Shown: in pieces, positions 28,274-37,825 of the stretch
Layout of the letters: each line of letters starts with the position of its first letter
How positions within the stretch are numbered: position 1 is the stretch's first letter
Source: a bacterium
GTDB lineage: Bacteria > JAAXHH01
Direction of reading: 5' to 3'
Assembly (NCBI GenBank): GCA_965117045.1
Contig: OZ220749.1
Span: 2,416,552-2,480,551, forward strand
Length of the DNA: 64,000 bases
Position numbers and translations under genes: made by a program
The notes under the pieces: generated by a model
What the model was told of the DNA's origin: nothing
Databases searched by the model: none
Seen by the model: the letters and a program-made list of their open reading frames with translations, nothing else

Positions 28274-28363
28274 CACCCACCTCAACCCCACCCAGACCCG
28301 GCGATCCCGTACCGTTGCCACCCACCTCAGCCCCGCCCCGGCAAGGCGATCCCGTACCGTTGC
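28274..28363. repeat. 45-nt imperfect tandem direct repeat (x2) spanning the 3' end of the MFS gene
   Basis: Unit 1 is cacccacctcaaccccacccagacccggcgatcccgtaccgttgc. Unit 2 is cacccacctcagccccgccccggcaaggcgatcccgtaccgttgc (about 84% identity). Confidence 0.6.
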
Positions 28364-29634
28364 AGCGTGGTCTCGAGCGTCGGGCGACCCAGGCGGATCC
28401 GGCCGTCGTTGAGCAGGTAGGAGAACAGGTAGCCGGCGCCGAGCATGAGGATCCCGATGAGGAAGCAGTACATGACCGCGCGGTCGGGATATACGTCCTT
28501 TAGATACCCCACGTACAGCGGACCGAAAATCCCAGCGGCCGCCCACGCGGTGAGCACCGCGCCGTAGATGGTGGACATCTTCTTCGTGCCGAACACGTCG
28601 AGGACGAAGGAAGGCATGGTGGCGAAACCCCCGCCGAAGCAGAGCAGCACGTAACAGACCAGCGCGGAGAAAATCCAGGGATTGGTCTCGGTCATGAGTA
28701 TGCCGAAGACCACCATCTGGCTGCCGAGCAGCACCCTGAATATCGTAACCCTGCCGAAACGGTCGGACAGCAGTCCCCAGAACAACCTTCCCAGGCCGTT
28801 GCAGATCGAACTCACCGCGATGAGCGTGGCGCCGTATTCGGCCAGTAAGGTGGGTTCGATGGAATCATCCGCCAGGCCCCAGATCTCCTGCAGGATCTCC
28901 GACTGGAAACTGACGACCGAAATCCCGGCCGCGATGTTGAAGAAGAAGACGATCCACATGAAGACGAACTGCGTGGTGCCCAGGTAGGTGCGGGCGTACT
29001 TCGGTTCGTCGGCCTCGTCGGGATCGGCCGCGGCCGTGGTCGAAGGACCCGTGGCATCCGGCGGCGGATCGGACAGGGCGAGGCTGCAGGGGATGAGAAT
29101 CAGGGCGAAGATGATGCCGAGCCAGATGAAGACTTCCGGCAGGGCGCCCGCGGTCCGCACGATGAGGAAGGGCGCGAGGCCCTTGCTGAGCAGAAAAGCC
29201 CCGACACCGAACCCCATGACCACGATCCCGGTGGCCAGTCCCTTGCGGTCCGGAAACCACTTGGCGACCGTCGCGACCGGCGTGACGTATCCCAGCCCAA
29301 TGCCCGCGCCGCCGATCACCCCGTATCCGAGATAGAACAGCGGGATATACTCCATCTCCAGCGCCAGCCCCGATACCAGGTACCCGCACGCAAACATGAA
29401 ACTGCCGATCAGCGCGAGTTTGCGCGGTCCCATCTTCGGCAGCATGTTTCCGGCCCACGCCGCCGACACGCCGAGGGTGAAAATGGCGATACTGAAGGCC
29501 CAGGCCGTCTCGGTATGGGTCCAGCCGATCTGGCGTACGAGTATGGTCTGGAAGAAGCTCCAGGCGTAGACCGTGCCGAAGCAGATCTGCAGCGCCGTGC
29601 AGAAGAGCGCGATGGCGCTTCGGGGAATGCGCAT
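28327..29634 (-). CDS. MFS transporter, oxalate/formate antiporter (OFA)-like
   Basis: 12-TM MFS layout. Strong SD GGGGAGGA 7 nt upstream of the ATG. OFA-like N-terminal block (FGTVYAWSFF). Confidence 0.75.
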   Translation of the reverse strand: MRIPRSAIALFCTALQICFGTVYAWSFFQTILVRQIGWTHTETAWAFSIAIFTLGVSAAWAGNMLPKMGPRKLALIGSFMFACGYLVSGLALEMEYIPLFYLGYGVIGGAGIGLGYVTPVATVAKWFPDRKGLATGIVVMGFGVGAFLLSKGLAPFLIVRTAGALPEVFIWLGIIFALILIPCSLALSDPPPDATGPSTTAAADPDEADEPKYARTYLGTTQFVFMWIVFFFNIAAGISVVSFQSEILQEIWGLADDSIEPTLLAEYGATLIAVSSICNGLGRLFWGLLSDRFGRVTIFRVLLGSQMVVFGILMTETNPWIFSALVCYVLLCFGGGFATMPSFVLDVFGTKKMSTIYGAVLTAWAAAGIFGPLYVGYLKDVYPDRAVMYCFLIGILMLGAGYLFSYLLNDGRIRLGRPTLETTLQRYGIALPGRG

Positions 29635-29648
29635 CGCTTATCCTCCCC

Positions 29649-30389
29649 TTACCGGACGTTCTCCGGTGGCGCGCCGGACGTACCTGAACCGGGCGGCTGG
29701 CCGGCGATGTGTTGGAAGAGGCGGGCCAGGTCGCCCACTTCATCGTCGCGTCCGAGGAGATCGTCGGCCGAGGTGTCCGTCTCCTTGTTGCCCGCGATGC
29801 CTACGGCGTAGGCGAGCAGTTCCGCGAGTGGTTTCGCGGCGAGATTGACCAGCCAGATCGACGCGAGGACGCCCACGACCAGGAAAATGCAGATGAGGAT
29901 GACCTGCTGGCCGATGGCGCGCTGGATCTTGAGGGCGACTTCATCCTGGTCCATGCCGACGTGCACCGTACCCGCGACACCCGCCAGGATGGGGCTGCCG
30001 ACTTCCAGGAAATCGCCCAGGCCCGGGATGCTTCGTTCCACGGGATCGGTATTCGCATGATCGCTCGCGAGTATCTGCTCCGGGATGCCGGGTACGAAGG
30101 TGTGAGCGAGGAACTCGCCATTCTCGCTGGTGATATAAATGTACCGGATACCCTGGATCTCGACGAACTGATCGATCATCGACTGCAGTGTGGCAAGATT
30201 CCGGTTGAGCAGGATGTCGACGCTGGCGTCAGCGACGCTCTTGGCAATGTTCTGGCTGTTGGTCTCGTACTCCGCCGTCAACTGTGTATCTACAGTGTAT
30301 ATACACAGCGCGGACGTGCAGAGGACGATGACGCCGAAGAGCAGAAAGATCCCGAAACGGGTACGCTGGAACAGTTTCTGTATTTTCAT
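29649..30389 (-). CDS. membrane sensor-like protein: TM, periplasmic domain, TM, HAMP, with no output domain
   Basis: N-terminal TM (FGIFLLFGVIVL). Roughly 140-aa extracytoplasmic domain. Second TM. HAMP-like segment AKPLAELLAYAVGIAGNKETDTS...DEVGDLARLFQHIAG. Then stops, leaving a 14-nt gap to the MFS gene. Confidence 0.5.
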   Translation of the reverse strand: MKIQKLFQRTRFGIFLLFGVIVLCTSALCIYTVDTQLTAEYETNSQNIAKSVADASVDILLNRNLATLQSMIDQFVEIQGIRYIYITSENGEFLAHTFVPGIPEQILASDHANTDPVERSIPGLGDFLEVGSPILAGVAGTVHVGMDQDEVALKIQRAIGQQVILICIFLVVGVLASIWLVNLAAKPLAELLAYAVGIAGNKETDTSADDLLGRDDEVGDLARLFQHIAGQPPGSGTSGAPPENVR

Positions 30390-30390
30390 G

Positions 30391-31791
30391 CTAGGATAGC
30401 CAGCCTTGCCAGTCGTCCAGGGTCACGTACCGGCCCTCCTGGACGACGGTGTAGTAGACCGTCTGCAGCCCCTGCCTGCGGTCCGGTCCGAAGGAGACCC
30501 GCTCGCCGATCCCGAGATCGTAGTTGTCGACCGAAAACACCGCATCCTCCAACCCGTTGCGGTCGGGAGATCCTCCTAGGCGCCGCAGGATCTCGGTCAT
30601 CAGCTTGGCGTCCAGGAATCCCTCGAGACTGACGAAACTCTGGGGAAAGGGACTGTAGGCCTCCTGAACGAGTTCTTCCGGAACCGCCGGATCGTAGCGT
30701 TCCATCAGTTCGCGGTACTCCCGGACCGCCGGAATGGACATGTCCTCGTAGCTCGGAACCACCTGGGAGTTGACGAGATAACGGGAGTAGGTCTCCACGT
30801 CCTCTCCCAGGTCGCTGAGTAACTGGAGCATGTTTTCGCTGCCCACGAACGATAGATTGGCAATGGGCACGCGGAGATCATGGTCGACCGCGTCCCGGGC
30901 GAAGGCCGCGCAGGCCGCGTACGACCCGATGCAGATGACGGCATCCGGGGCATTGGCCTTGAGGATCTCCACCTGTTCCCGCATGCTGCCGGTGAACCGC
31001 TGGCCCCGCCGGTAGGTCGCCTCGCCCGACAGGCGCTCTCCGTGCCGGTCCAGCGCCGCCCTCACCCCGGCCCATCCGCTCCTTCCATAGGCGTCGGCCT
31101 GATAGAACACACCGATTTTCCGCTTGCCCGCGGCGAGGAAATTGTTGACGAGCCCGGCCGTCTCCTGGCGGTAGGAAGCCCGGAGGTTGAAGGCGAAATC
31201 TCCATAGGGCGGCTCCCGCTGGGGCTGGGCGCCGGTGAATGGGAAGAACAGGTAGACCTGCTCGTCCTGGAACTTCTTCAACAGGGGCAGCACGCGCGTT
31301 ACGGTCGGCGTGCCCACGTACCCGAAGAGCAGGAACACGTTGTCCTCGAGCATGAGCTTCATGGTGTTGCGGACGCAGGGATCCGGCTGGTAACCATCGT
31401 CGTACAGCTTAAGGGTAATCTTGCGCCCGGCCACGCCGCCGTTGTCGTTTACATGGTTGAAATAGGCCATGGCGCCGCGGTACAGCTCGCTGCCGAGTCC
31501 CCTGGAAGGACCGGAGAACGCGGCCGACATGCCCAGGAGGATCTCATCATCCGTCGCACCCGCGAACCCGGCTTCCATTTCCTGTGCTGAGACCATGTTC
31601 AAACCTCCCGAAAAGGTACCGGTGTCCTTCCGGTCCGGCCGGCCCGCCCAGCCCGCAAAGGAAACCGCAAGCAGTCCCGCCAGGCCGCGGCGCAACATGG
31701 TCCTCCGCGTCAACAACGGCGCAGGCGACCCGGGCCTATCCCCTGATTGACCTTTACCGTCACGCCCACTCATACGTTTCCTCGTCATCAA
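30391..31791 (-). CDS. periplasmic substrate-binding protein, PBP type 1 (Leu/Ile/Val-binding-protein-like), Tat-signal
   Basis: Twin-arginine motif TRRTMLRRGLAGLLA. Branched-chain amino-acid-binding-like fold length (466 aa). Stop is 2 nt from the HAMP gene start. Confidence 0.7.
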   Translation of the reverse strand: MMTRKRMSGRDGKGQSGDRPGSPAPLLTRRTMLRRGLAGLLAVSFAGWAGRPDRKDTGTFSGGLNMVSAQEMEAGFAGATDDEILLGMSAAFSGPSRGLGSELYRGAMAYFNHVNDNGGVAGRKITLKLYDDGYQPDPCVRNTMKLMLEDNVFLLFGYVGTPTVTRVLPLLKKFQDEQVYLFFPFTGAQPQREPPYGDFAFNLRASYRQETAGLVNNFLAAGKRKIGVFYQADAYGRSGWAGVRAALDRHGERLSGEATYRRGQRFTGSMREQVEILKANAPDAVICIGSYAACAAFARDAVDHDLRVPIANLSFVGSENMLQLLSDLGEDVETYSRYLVNSQVVPSYEDMSIPAVREYRELMERYDPAVPEELVQEAYSPFPQSFVSLEGFLDAKLMTEILRRLGGSPDRNGLEDAVFSVDNYDLGIGERVSFGPDRRQGLQTVYYTVVQEGRYVTLDDWQGWLS

Positions 31792-32077
31792 ACAAGCCGC
31801 AAGGGTTCCTCTTCGTGCATCTCACGGCCGTCCGGCAACCGTATCCGGGCCGGTTCTTTGACTATACCGGGAATCGCAGTACAGAAATCTGGTATGGGAA
31901 ATGTGCTAATTGTTTCCGACTTATAAACGGTTGTAATGATTCAAAATGATAAGACCGGCATTACCCCGTTGCAAGGTATTTTTGTGACCGTGCGTGAGTT
32001 CCCGCGAAGCCTCGGCCACTTCAAAAAACAGAACACGGATCGCCTGGACACGGTTCGCCTGCTTCCGCGTAGTGACC

Positions 32078-33436
32078 CTACCTTCTCATTCGTGCCGGAT
32101 CGAACGCGTATCTGCTGTACGGTTCCGGCAGACCGTTCGTCGCCACCTCTTCCATCACGTCGCAGAAGTAATCCAGCTCGGACAGCGTGGTGTAGAGATT
32201 CGGCGTGATTCGAACCCACGTTCGACCGGCGTCCTCCCGGTCGTATCGGCCCCGGGATGTGCGCATCTGGAGTTCATTCCAAAGGTAGTCCCGCATACCG
32301 GTCGGATCGGCCCCTTCAATACCGACCCCCGCGATACAGCAGCTCATTTCAGGGGCTGTTGACGTATAGAGCCTTATGCGGGGATGCTTCCGAAGCCGTT
32401 CCGCCCAATAATCCTTCAGGTAACGAAGCCGTTCTTCTTTGCGCTTCGGTCCGATGGCGTTGTGAAAAGCGACGGCCTCGCCGATGGCGAGGAACGGCGG
32501 CAGGGGTTGGGTACCGACGGACTCGTATTTCTGCATGCTCGTCAGGGGGTTGTATCTGAGACTCATGGTCGGCCCGTACAGCGGCTCGATCTTCTCGACG
32601 TGCTCGCGCTTCATGTACAGCAATCCGGTCCCTTTCGGCGCGCTGAGCCACTTGTGCAGGCTCGTTCCGTAGTAGTCGCAATCCAGGTCCGAGACCTTGA
32701 AATCCAGATGGGCGACGGCATGGGCGCCGTCCACGACGACTTCGATGCCGTGCCTATGGGCCAGGTCGCAGATCCGCCGGACCGGGAACACCTGGCCGGT
32801 GGTGTACGTGATGTGGGACACCAGGATCAGGCGGGTCTTCGGCGTAATGCCCGCTTCAATGGCCTTCACCAGCTCATCCATGGACCCTGCGGGAAAGGGT
32901 ACCGGCACTTCGACCAGCTTGATCCCTTCCTTCTGCGCCCGATTCCGCACGACACGCACCAGGGAAGGATAATCATGGGTCGTGGTGAGGACTTCGTCGC
33001 CCGGGTTCAGCGGGATGCCGTACAGGACCGTCTTGAGCGCTTCGGTGGTGTTGCGTACGAGGGCGATTTCATCGGGACTGCTCCCGAACAGCCGCGCAAC
33101 GGACTTCTTCACGGCACCCTCGCGACGTTCCCTGGCCTTTTCAACGAACACCCCGTACGGGTTCTGTTCCTGTTCCCATATGTAACGAATGAACGCTTCG
33201 GTGACGACGCGGGGCGTAGGACAGGCATAGCCGTTATCCAGGTTGATCAGGCTGCGGTCTATGGTAAACGCCTGCTTCACTTCGCGCCAGAGTCTCTCAT
33301 CGCGGGCGGCTTCCTGCGGCGTGAGATCCGCGATTTCACTTACCGCCGCCTCGACGCCCCGGAAGGAGTCGGGGCCGAGGAACGTCGCCAAACCGGCCGT
33401 CACGCCGGCGGTTTTCAGGAAATGACGCCGTTCCAT
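32078..33436 (-). CDS. aminotransferase class V-fold PLP-dependent enzyme with Tat signal
   Basis: Tat consensus RRHFLKTAGVTAGLA. Class V block SLHKWLSAPKGTGLLY with candidate PLP lysine. Start set at MERRHFLK. Confidence 0.7.
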   Translation of the reverse strand: MERRHFLKTAGVTAGLATFLGPDSFRGVEAAVSEIADLTPQEAARDERLWREVKQAFTIDRSLINLDNGYACPTPRVVTEAFIRYIWEQEQNPYGVFVEKARERREGAVKKSVARLFGSSPDEIALVRNTTEALKTVLYGIPLNPGDEVLTTTHDYPSLVRVVRNRAQKEGIKLVEVPVPFPAGSMDELVKAIEAGITPKTRLILVSHITYTTGQVFPVRRICDLAHRHGIEVVVDGAHAVAHLDFKVSDLDCDYYGTSLHKWLSAPKGTGLLYMKREHVEKIEPLYGPTMSLRYNPLTSMQKYESVGTQPLPPFLAIGEAVAFHNAIGPKRKEERLRYLKDYWAERLRKHPRIRLYTSTAPEMSCCIAGVGIEGADPTGMRDYLWNELQMRTSRGRYDREDAGRTWVRITPNLYTTLSELDYFCDVMEEVATNGLPEPYSRYAFDPARMRR

Positions 33437-33670
33437 GGTATTCGGGCGTCCCGCGGGACGGTCGTTTGCGTCGTTTTCCGATCTCATCATAAGACTCCTT
33501 TGATCGTTGAGATTGCCGGCATCCTCTATTTGGAATCCCGGTTTCGGAGCGGTGCTTATTTCTATAATGCATCCTTGACTAGGTAATTAACAGTTTTACA
33601 CTTTGGATACCCAGGACATTCAAGACGGCAGGCGGCTACCTTTAATAACAATCGGAAAAGAGCATCATCC

Positions 33671-34354
33671 ATGGACCAAAGCCTGCGGCAGAGCATGAAC
33701 GCGTATTATGATGAACGCGCGGCCGAATTCGACGAGATCTACACCCAGGGCAAGCCGCCCGGCAAGGTCACGGACCCGGAGTTGTACAGGGAAGAGGCCC
33801 AGTCCCTGGGGCATCTCGTCCGCGAACACTGCCGCGGCAGCATCCTGGACATTCCTTGCGGAACGGGCTACTGGCTTCAGTTCTACGCCGCCAACTGCAC
33901 GGCGATCACGCTCGTGGACCAGTCGGAGAACATGCTGCGCGAGGGCCGTGAAAAAGCGTGCGAGCACGACGTCGAGGCGATCACGACGTTCATCGAGTCC
34001 GATGCCCTGGAAGTACCGCTGGAAGACCGGTCCTTCGATACCGCGCTGGTCGGCTTCTTCCTCAGTCACCTCACGGATGCCCAGATGGGCCTGTTTTTTC
34101 GGAACCTGGGGAACGCCCTGAAACCGGGTGGACGCGTCCTCATACTGGACTCCGGCTGGACGCGCTACCGCGGATCCCGTCGGAAGGAAGGGACCACGGT
34201 GCGAAAGCTCAATGACGGCCGGGAATTCGAGATCTACAAGCGATACTTCGAAGGGTCCGGCTTCGACCGCATGTCGGCGGCCTGCAGGATGGATTTCACC
34301 GTTCTGTACGAGGGCAAGCTTTACCTTGCCGTCACGGGCACGATGAAAAGATGA
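33671..34354 (+). CDS. class I SAM-dependent methyltransferase (close paralog of 20581..21264)
   Basis: See the 20.6-kb paralog: the same blocks are present with roughly 75% identity. Confidence 0.8.
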   Translation: MDQSLRQSMNAYYDERAAEFDEIYTQGKPPGKVTDPELYREEAQSLGHLVREHCRGSILDIPCGTGYWLQFYAANCTAITLVDQSENMLREGREKACEHDVEAITTFIESDALEVPLEDRSFDTALVGFFLSHLTDAQMGLFFRNLGNALKPGGRVLILDSGWTRYRGSRRKEGTTVRKLNDGREFEIYKRYFEGSGFDRMSAACRMDFTVLYEGKLYLAVTGTMKR

Positions 34355-34382
34355 ATTCGTCAATGAAAGCACGGGGCGACGA

Positions 34383-35102
34383 ATGAAAGCCCGGGGGCGA
34401 CCATTGGAATCTGCCAGGCTGAAACCGGAAATTCTCCATCGGACGACCGTCGAGTACTACAACCTGAGGCAGGTCCACGGAGACATGCCGCATAAGGTGC
34501 CCCGAGGACCCGCGCCTGATCTGCCCGCCGAACAGGCCCGGATGGTCCGGGAATCCCGGGAGGCCATGCGGGGCCGGAAGGTGCTCGAAGTAGCGAGTGG
34601 CACGGGATCGGCGACCCGGGAAATCGCGGAAACAGCGGCATCCGTCACGGGCGTGGAGATCGCCCCCAACATGTTGCGCATAGCCAGGGAAAACGACAAT
34701 CCGCCCAATGTGAGTTACCTGGAAGGCGATGCTTACGACCTTGGATCGGTAGCGCCCGGAATGTGTTTCAACGGCGGGTTCGCATCAGGATTCCTGCACA
34801 CCTGTCCTTCTTCGAGGCATACGGAGTTTCTGAGTGGTTTTCACGCCCGGCTCGAGCGGGGTTCGACCGTATTCATGCGATCGTCCCGGCCGACGAGTCC
34901 CGATGCCGTAAGCAGGCTCTTCAGGGTAGCGGGACACACGGACCAGTTCATGACTCGGCAATTGTCCGACGGGTCCGAATACATTATGGTGGAAAACGAT
35001 CCTTCAGAAGATGAACTCAGGAATCTGTTCGAACCCCTGTCGGTGAATCTCAGGGTGCATATCGGCAGCTACTGGTGGTGGATCCGGTACGAACTGCCCT
35101 GA
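34383..35102 (+). CDS. class I SAM-dependent methyltransferase
   Basis: Motif I VLEVASGTGSATREIA. Motif II-like VTGVEIAPNM. Confidence 0.6.
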   Translation: MKARGRPLESARLKPEILHRTTVEYYNLRQVHGDMPHKVPRGPAPDLPAEQARMVRESREAMRGRKVLEVASGTGSATREIAETAASVTGVEIAPNMLRIARENDNPPNVSYLEGDAYDLGSVAPGMCFNGGFASGFLHTCPSSRHTEFLSGFHARLERGSTVFMRSSRPTSPDAVSRLFRVAGHTDQFMTRQLSDGSEYIMVENDPSEDELRNLFEPLSVNLRVHIGSYWWWIRYELP

Positions 35103-35111
35103 GGACGGCCC

Positions 35112-35990
35112 ATGTTCGAGATTGTGCAGCACGATCACGCGAAGGAATTGCTGACGCTGTCCGGAGCCTTCCTTGAAAAGCGTGAAAGCGAGGACAACCT
35201 GCCCTTCGGCCTGGCGCGCACGCTGGCCAGGGATCCCCTGTACTACGGCGACGATCCGCCGCTGCTCCTGAGCATCCTTGAAGGCGGCAACACGGTCGGC
35301 GTGGCGCTCCGGTCGCCGCCGCACAGAATCGTCCTGAGCAGGTTCGACACGGATCTCGAAGCCGCCGTGGACCGGCTCGTCGGCTTCCTGCGTGACCGCG
35401 AAAAGCGGATTCCCGGTGTCGTTGGACCGGAGTTCGAGTCGCGGTGTTTTGCGGACCGCTGGAAGAAAGCGCACTACGGGCTGGCCGTAACGAATACCAA
35501 GCGGTTGCGTGCATTCGAGGCTCGACGTGTCGTCGATGTGCCGCTGGCCCCGGGTGGTCTGCGCCTGGCCGAGATGGTCGATCACGCCCTGATGGCAACG
35601 TGGGTCGCGGGTTTTTCCCGGGAGGCGGCAGGGGAAGGGGCCGATCCGGCGAAAGCGGAACGTAACGCGGAAAAATACATCAAGGAGCGAAACCTGTATA
35701 TCTGGGAACACGACGGGCCGGTCTCGATCGCCAGGGAATCCAGGGCCATGAAGACCGGCACGGTGATCTCGCTGGTGTACACGCCGCGGGAATTCCGCAA
35801 CCGGGGATACGCGACTTCGTGTGTCTACCACTTGACGAAGAAACTGCTTGCGGGCGGGTACAGGTTCTGTAGTCTGTTTACCGACCTGTCGAACCCGGCC
35901 TCCAACCGGATTTACCCGAAAATAGGATACGTACCGGTGGGTGAAAGGTTTGAATTCGATTTCGACTACGCGGCAGGACAGGCCGAATAG
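35112..35990 (+). CDS. GNAT family acetyltransferase (C-terminal GNAT domain)
   Basis: Motif A-like FRNRGYATSCVYHL. C-terminal NPASNRIYPKIGY. Confidence 0.6.
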   Translation: MFEIVQHDHAKELLTLSGAFLEKRESEDNLPFGLARTLARDPLYYGDDPPLLLSILEGGNTVGVALRSPPHRIVLSRFDTDLEAAVDRLVGFLRDREKRIPGVVGPEFESRCFADRWKKAHYGLAVTNTKRLRAFEARRVVDVPLAPGGLRLAEMVDHALMATWVAGFSREAAGEGADPAKAERNAEKYIKERNLYIWEHDGPVSIARESRAMKTGTVISLVYTPREFRNRGYATSCVYHLTKKLLAGGYRFCSLFTDLSNPASNRIYPKIGYVPVGERFEFDFDYAAGQAE

Positions 35991-36074
35991 TAACCGGCTG
36001 TCCCGCGGATGATTCACACATCCCCATCGATGGCCCGGCAGACCGATTCCATGCCGGGACAAGGAGCGCAGGAT

Positions 36075-36911
36075 ATGGACCGCAAACTGACTGAACAGCA
36101 ACTCGCCTTCTTCGATACGTTCGGATACCTGGGGTTCCCGGGGCTGATGGATGATCGCATCGACGAGATCATCGACGCCTTCGAGGAAGTCTGGGCCAGC
36201 CGCGGAGGCGGCCATAACGGACGACCACATGACGGTAAGGAACGCTCCTGCATCGTACCCTTCATCGACCAGCATGAACGCCTCTCCTCGCTGCTGGACG
36301 ACGAGCGGATCAGGGGGATCGCAACCAGCCTGCTGGGTGACGATTTCAACTACATGGGCAGCGACGGCAACTACTACGCCGGCGATACGAGGTGGCACTC
36401 CGACGGATGGCATCCCGAGATCCTGCATATCAAAATAGCTTTTTACTTGGATACGCTGACACGGGATACCGGCTGCCTGCGCGTCATTCCCGGCAGCCAC
36501 AAGCGCGATGACGTCTATGGGGCTTCCTTGCAGGAGAACGTCGGGGAGAGTTCGTCCTTGTGGGATACGGATCCGCGGGACGTGCCGGCGATGGCGCTGG
36601 AGACCCGGCCGGGCGACATTGTCTGTTTCAACCACAATACCAAGCACGCCTCGTTCGGCGGCGGCGGTCGCCGGCGGATGTTCACCATGAACCTGTGCCA
36701 GCGCTATCCCAAGCGGCTCATCCCGGAACTGCGCGACTACATCAGCGGCGCTTCCCGGTTCTGGCTGGACGAAGCGTACGGCGAGGCGATGCTTCGAACC
36801 GCTTCTCCCGACCGCATGCGCCACCTCGAGCAGGTCATGGCCAACGACGACCACTTGCCGGAACTAAGCCGTAAGGCCCGGGAAACCATGAGCGAGCCGT
36901 CGCGGGGCTGA
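36075..36911 (+). CDS. phytanoyl-CoA dioxygenase (PhyH) family Fe(II)/2-oxoglutarate oxygenase
   Basis: WHSDGWH (His-x-Asp facial triad), VIPGSH, second His near FNHNTKHAS. RBS AAGGAG 8 nt upstream of the ATG at 36075. Confidence 0.7.
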   Translation: MDRKLTEQQLAFFDTFGYLGFPGLMDDRIDEIIDAFEEVWASRGGGHNGRPHDGKERSCIVPFIDQHERLSSLLDDERIRGIATSLLGDDFNYMGSDGNYYAGDTRWHSDGWHPEILHIKIAFYLDTLTRDTGCLRVIPGSHKRDDVYGASLQENVGESSSLWDTDPRDVPAMALETRPGDIVCFNHNTKHASFGGGGRRRMFTMNLCQRYPKRLIPELRDYISGASRFWLDEAYGEAMLRTASPDRMRHLEQVMANDDHLPELSRKARETMSEPSRG

Positions 36912-36933
36912 GTTCATTGTAAGGCCGCTCGCA

Positions 36934-37788
36934 CTACGTCATCTTCCACTTCGTATCCGGCACATCCCCGTGCTGGACGCGACGCGCCAGTATCGGCGTC
37001 TGTCGCAACTCCCGGACCAGTTCGATCACGCCGTTGATGGCCGCCTCCAGGAACTTCTCTCCCTTTTCCTTCGTCGCTTTGGTGGCGTCTCCCATGACCC
37101 CGCTGGGTGAAATCGAACTCCAGTAGGGCACCATGCGGGCGTCGGACGCATCGGGATGCCCGCCGGCCAGGAGATCCGTCTTGAAACTGTCGGGCAGCGG
37201 GCTCCTGTTGTCCACGGCCTTGTCCATCTCGACCAGGTCGGGCTTCAGGGCGAGATAGAGGGAGGTCTCGTATTCCCCGCCGTGCGACGTCCCGCCATAG
37301 TCCGAATCGCGGAGCGCATTGCCTGTCTCCCTGGCCTGGCGCAGGCCCCAGTGGTTGGCGCTGGCGCACAGGATGCGTCCTTCGAAATCGATCACGGACA
37401 GGCGCGCGGCCAGGTCGAGGGGCGAGGTGTTGCTCCCATGGCCGTTGATGATGAGGATGCGCTTGAATCCGTGATAGGCCAGGCTGCAGCACACATCCCG
37501 GACATAGTTGATGAAGGTGTCCCACCGGATGGTGATCGTCCCGTGAAAATCCATGTGGTGGGGACTGTAGCCGTGGGTCACCGGAGGGGCAAGCACGACC
37601 TCTTCCGGGATGCGGGCCGCGGCGCGTCTGCAGATCTCCGTCGCGAGGACCACGTCGACGTCCACCGGCAGGTGCGGGCCGTGGTCTTCATAAGTCGCCA
37701 CGGGCAGGAGAGCGACCCGGTCCTGGGCTGCGGCGTCCCTGATTTCGTTCCAGATCATTTCCGCGTAGTCATACTTTATCGATGCCAT
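36934..37788 (-). CDS. creatininase-family amidohydrolase (creatinine amidohydrolase / deformylase family)
   Basis: 284 aa. Creatininase-family pattern: N-terminal LLPVATYEDHGPHLPVDVD and HGGEYETS block. Last gene of the hut operon. Confidence 0.7.
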   Translation of the reverse strand: MASIKYDYAEMIWNEIRDAAAQDRVALLPVATYEDHGPHLPVDVDVVLATEICRRAAARIPEEVVLAPPVTHGYSPHHMDFHGTITIRWDTFINYVRDVCCSLAYHGFKRILIINGHGSNTSPLDLAARLSVIDFEGRILCASANHWGLRQARETGNALRDSDYGGTSHGGEYETSLYLALKPDLVEMDKAVDNRSPLPDSFKTDLLAGGHPDASDARMVPYWSSISPSGVMGDATKATKEKGEKFLEAAINGVIELVRELRQTPILARRVQHGDVPDTKWKMT

Positions 37789-37825
37789 TACGATCTCCTT
37801 CCCATTCGTCTTTGTGGTTCCTGAA

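Noticed and set aside
28274-28363. CRISPR array or other defence-related repeats
   Set aside because: The only direct repeats in the window are single tandem duplications (45 nt x2 here, 21 nt x2–3 in hutI, 20 nt x2 at 34.36 kb). None has the repeat-spacer periodicity of a CRISPR. No cas genes are present.
29709-30632. 307-aa plus-strand ORF and other ORFs antisense to the HAMP sensor, MFS and SBP genes (28865..29743, 30880..31590, 32384..33586)
   Set aside because: Arg/Pro-rich low-complexity translations. The opposite-strand genes have clear TM topology, Tat signals and family motifs.
30391-31791. Complete ABC importer for branched-chain amino acids
   Set aside because: Only the PBP1 substrate-binding protein is present. 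No LivHM-type permeases or LivGF ATPases are adjacent. The downstream genes are a HAMP sensor and an MFS transporter instead.
35004-36854. 616-aa minus-strand ORF spanning two plus-strand genes
   Set aside because: It overlaps the GNAT and PhyH genes, which have clear family motifs and proper RBS/starts. The long antisense ORF is a high-GC shadow frame with low-complexity Arg/Gly/Pro composition and no recognisable domain.
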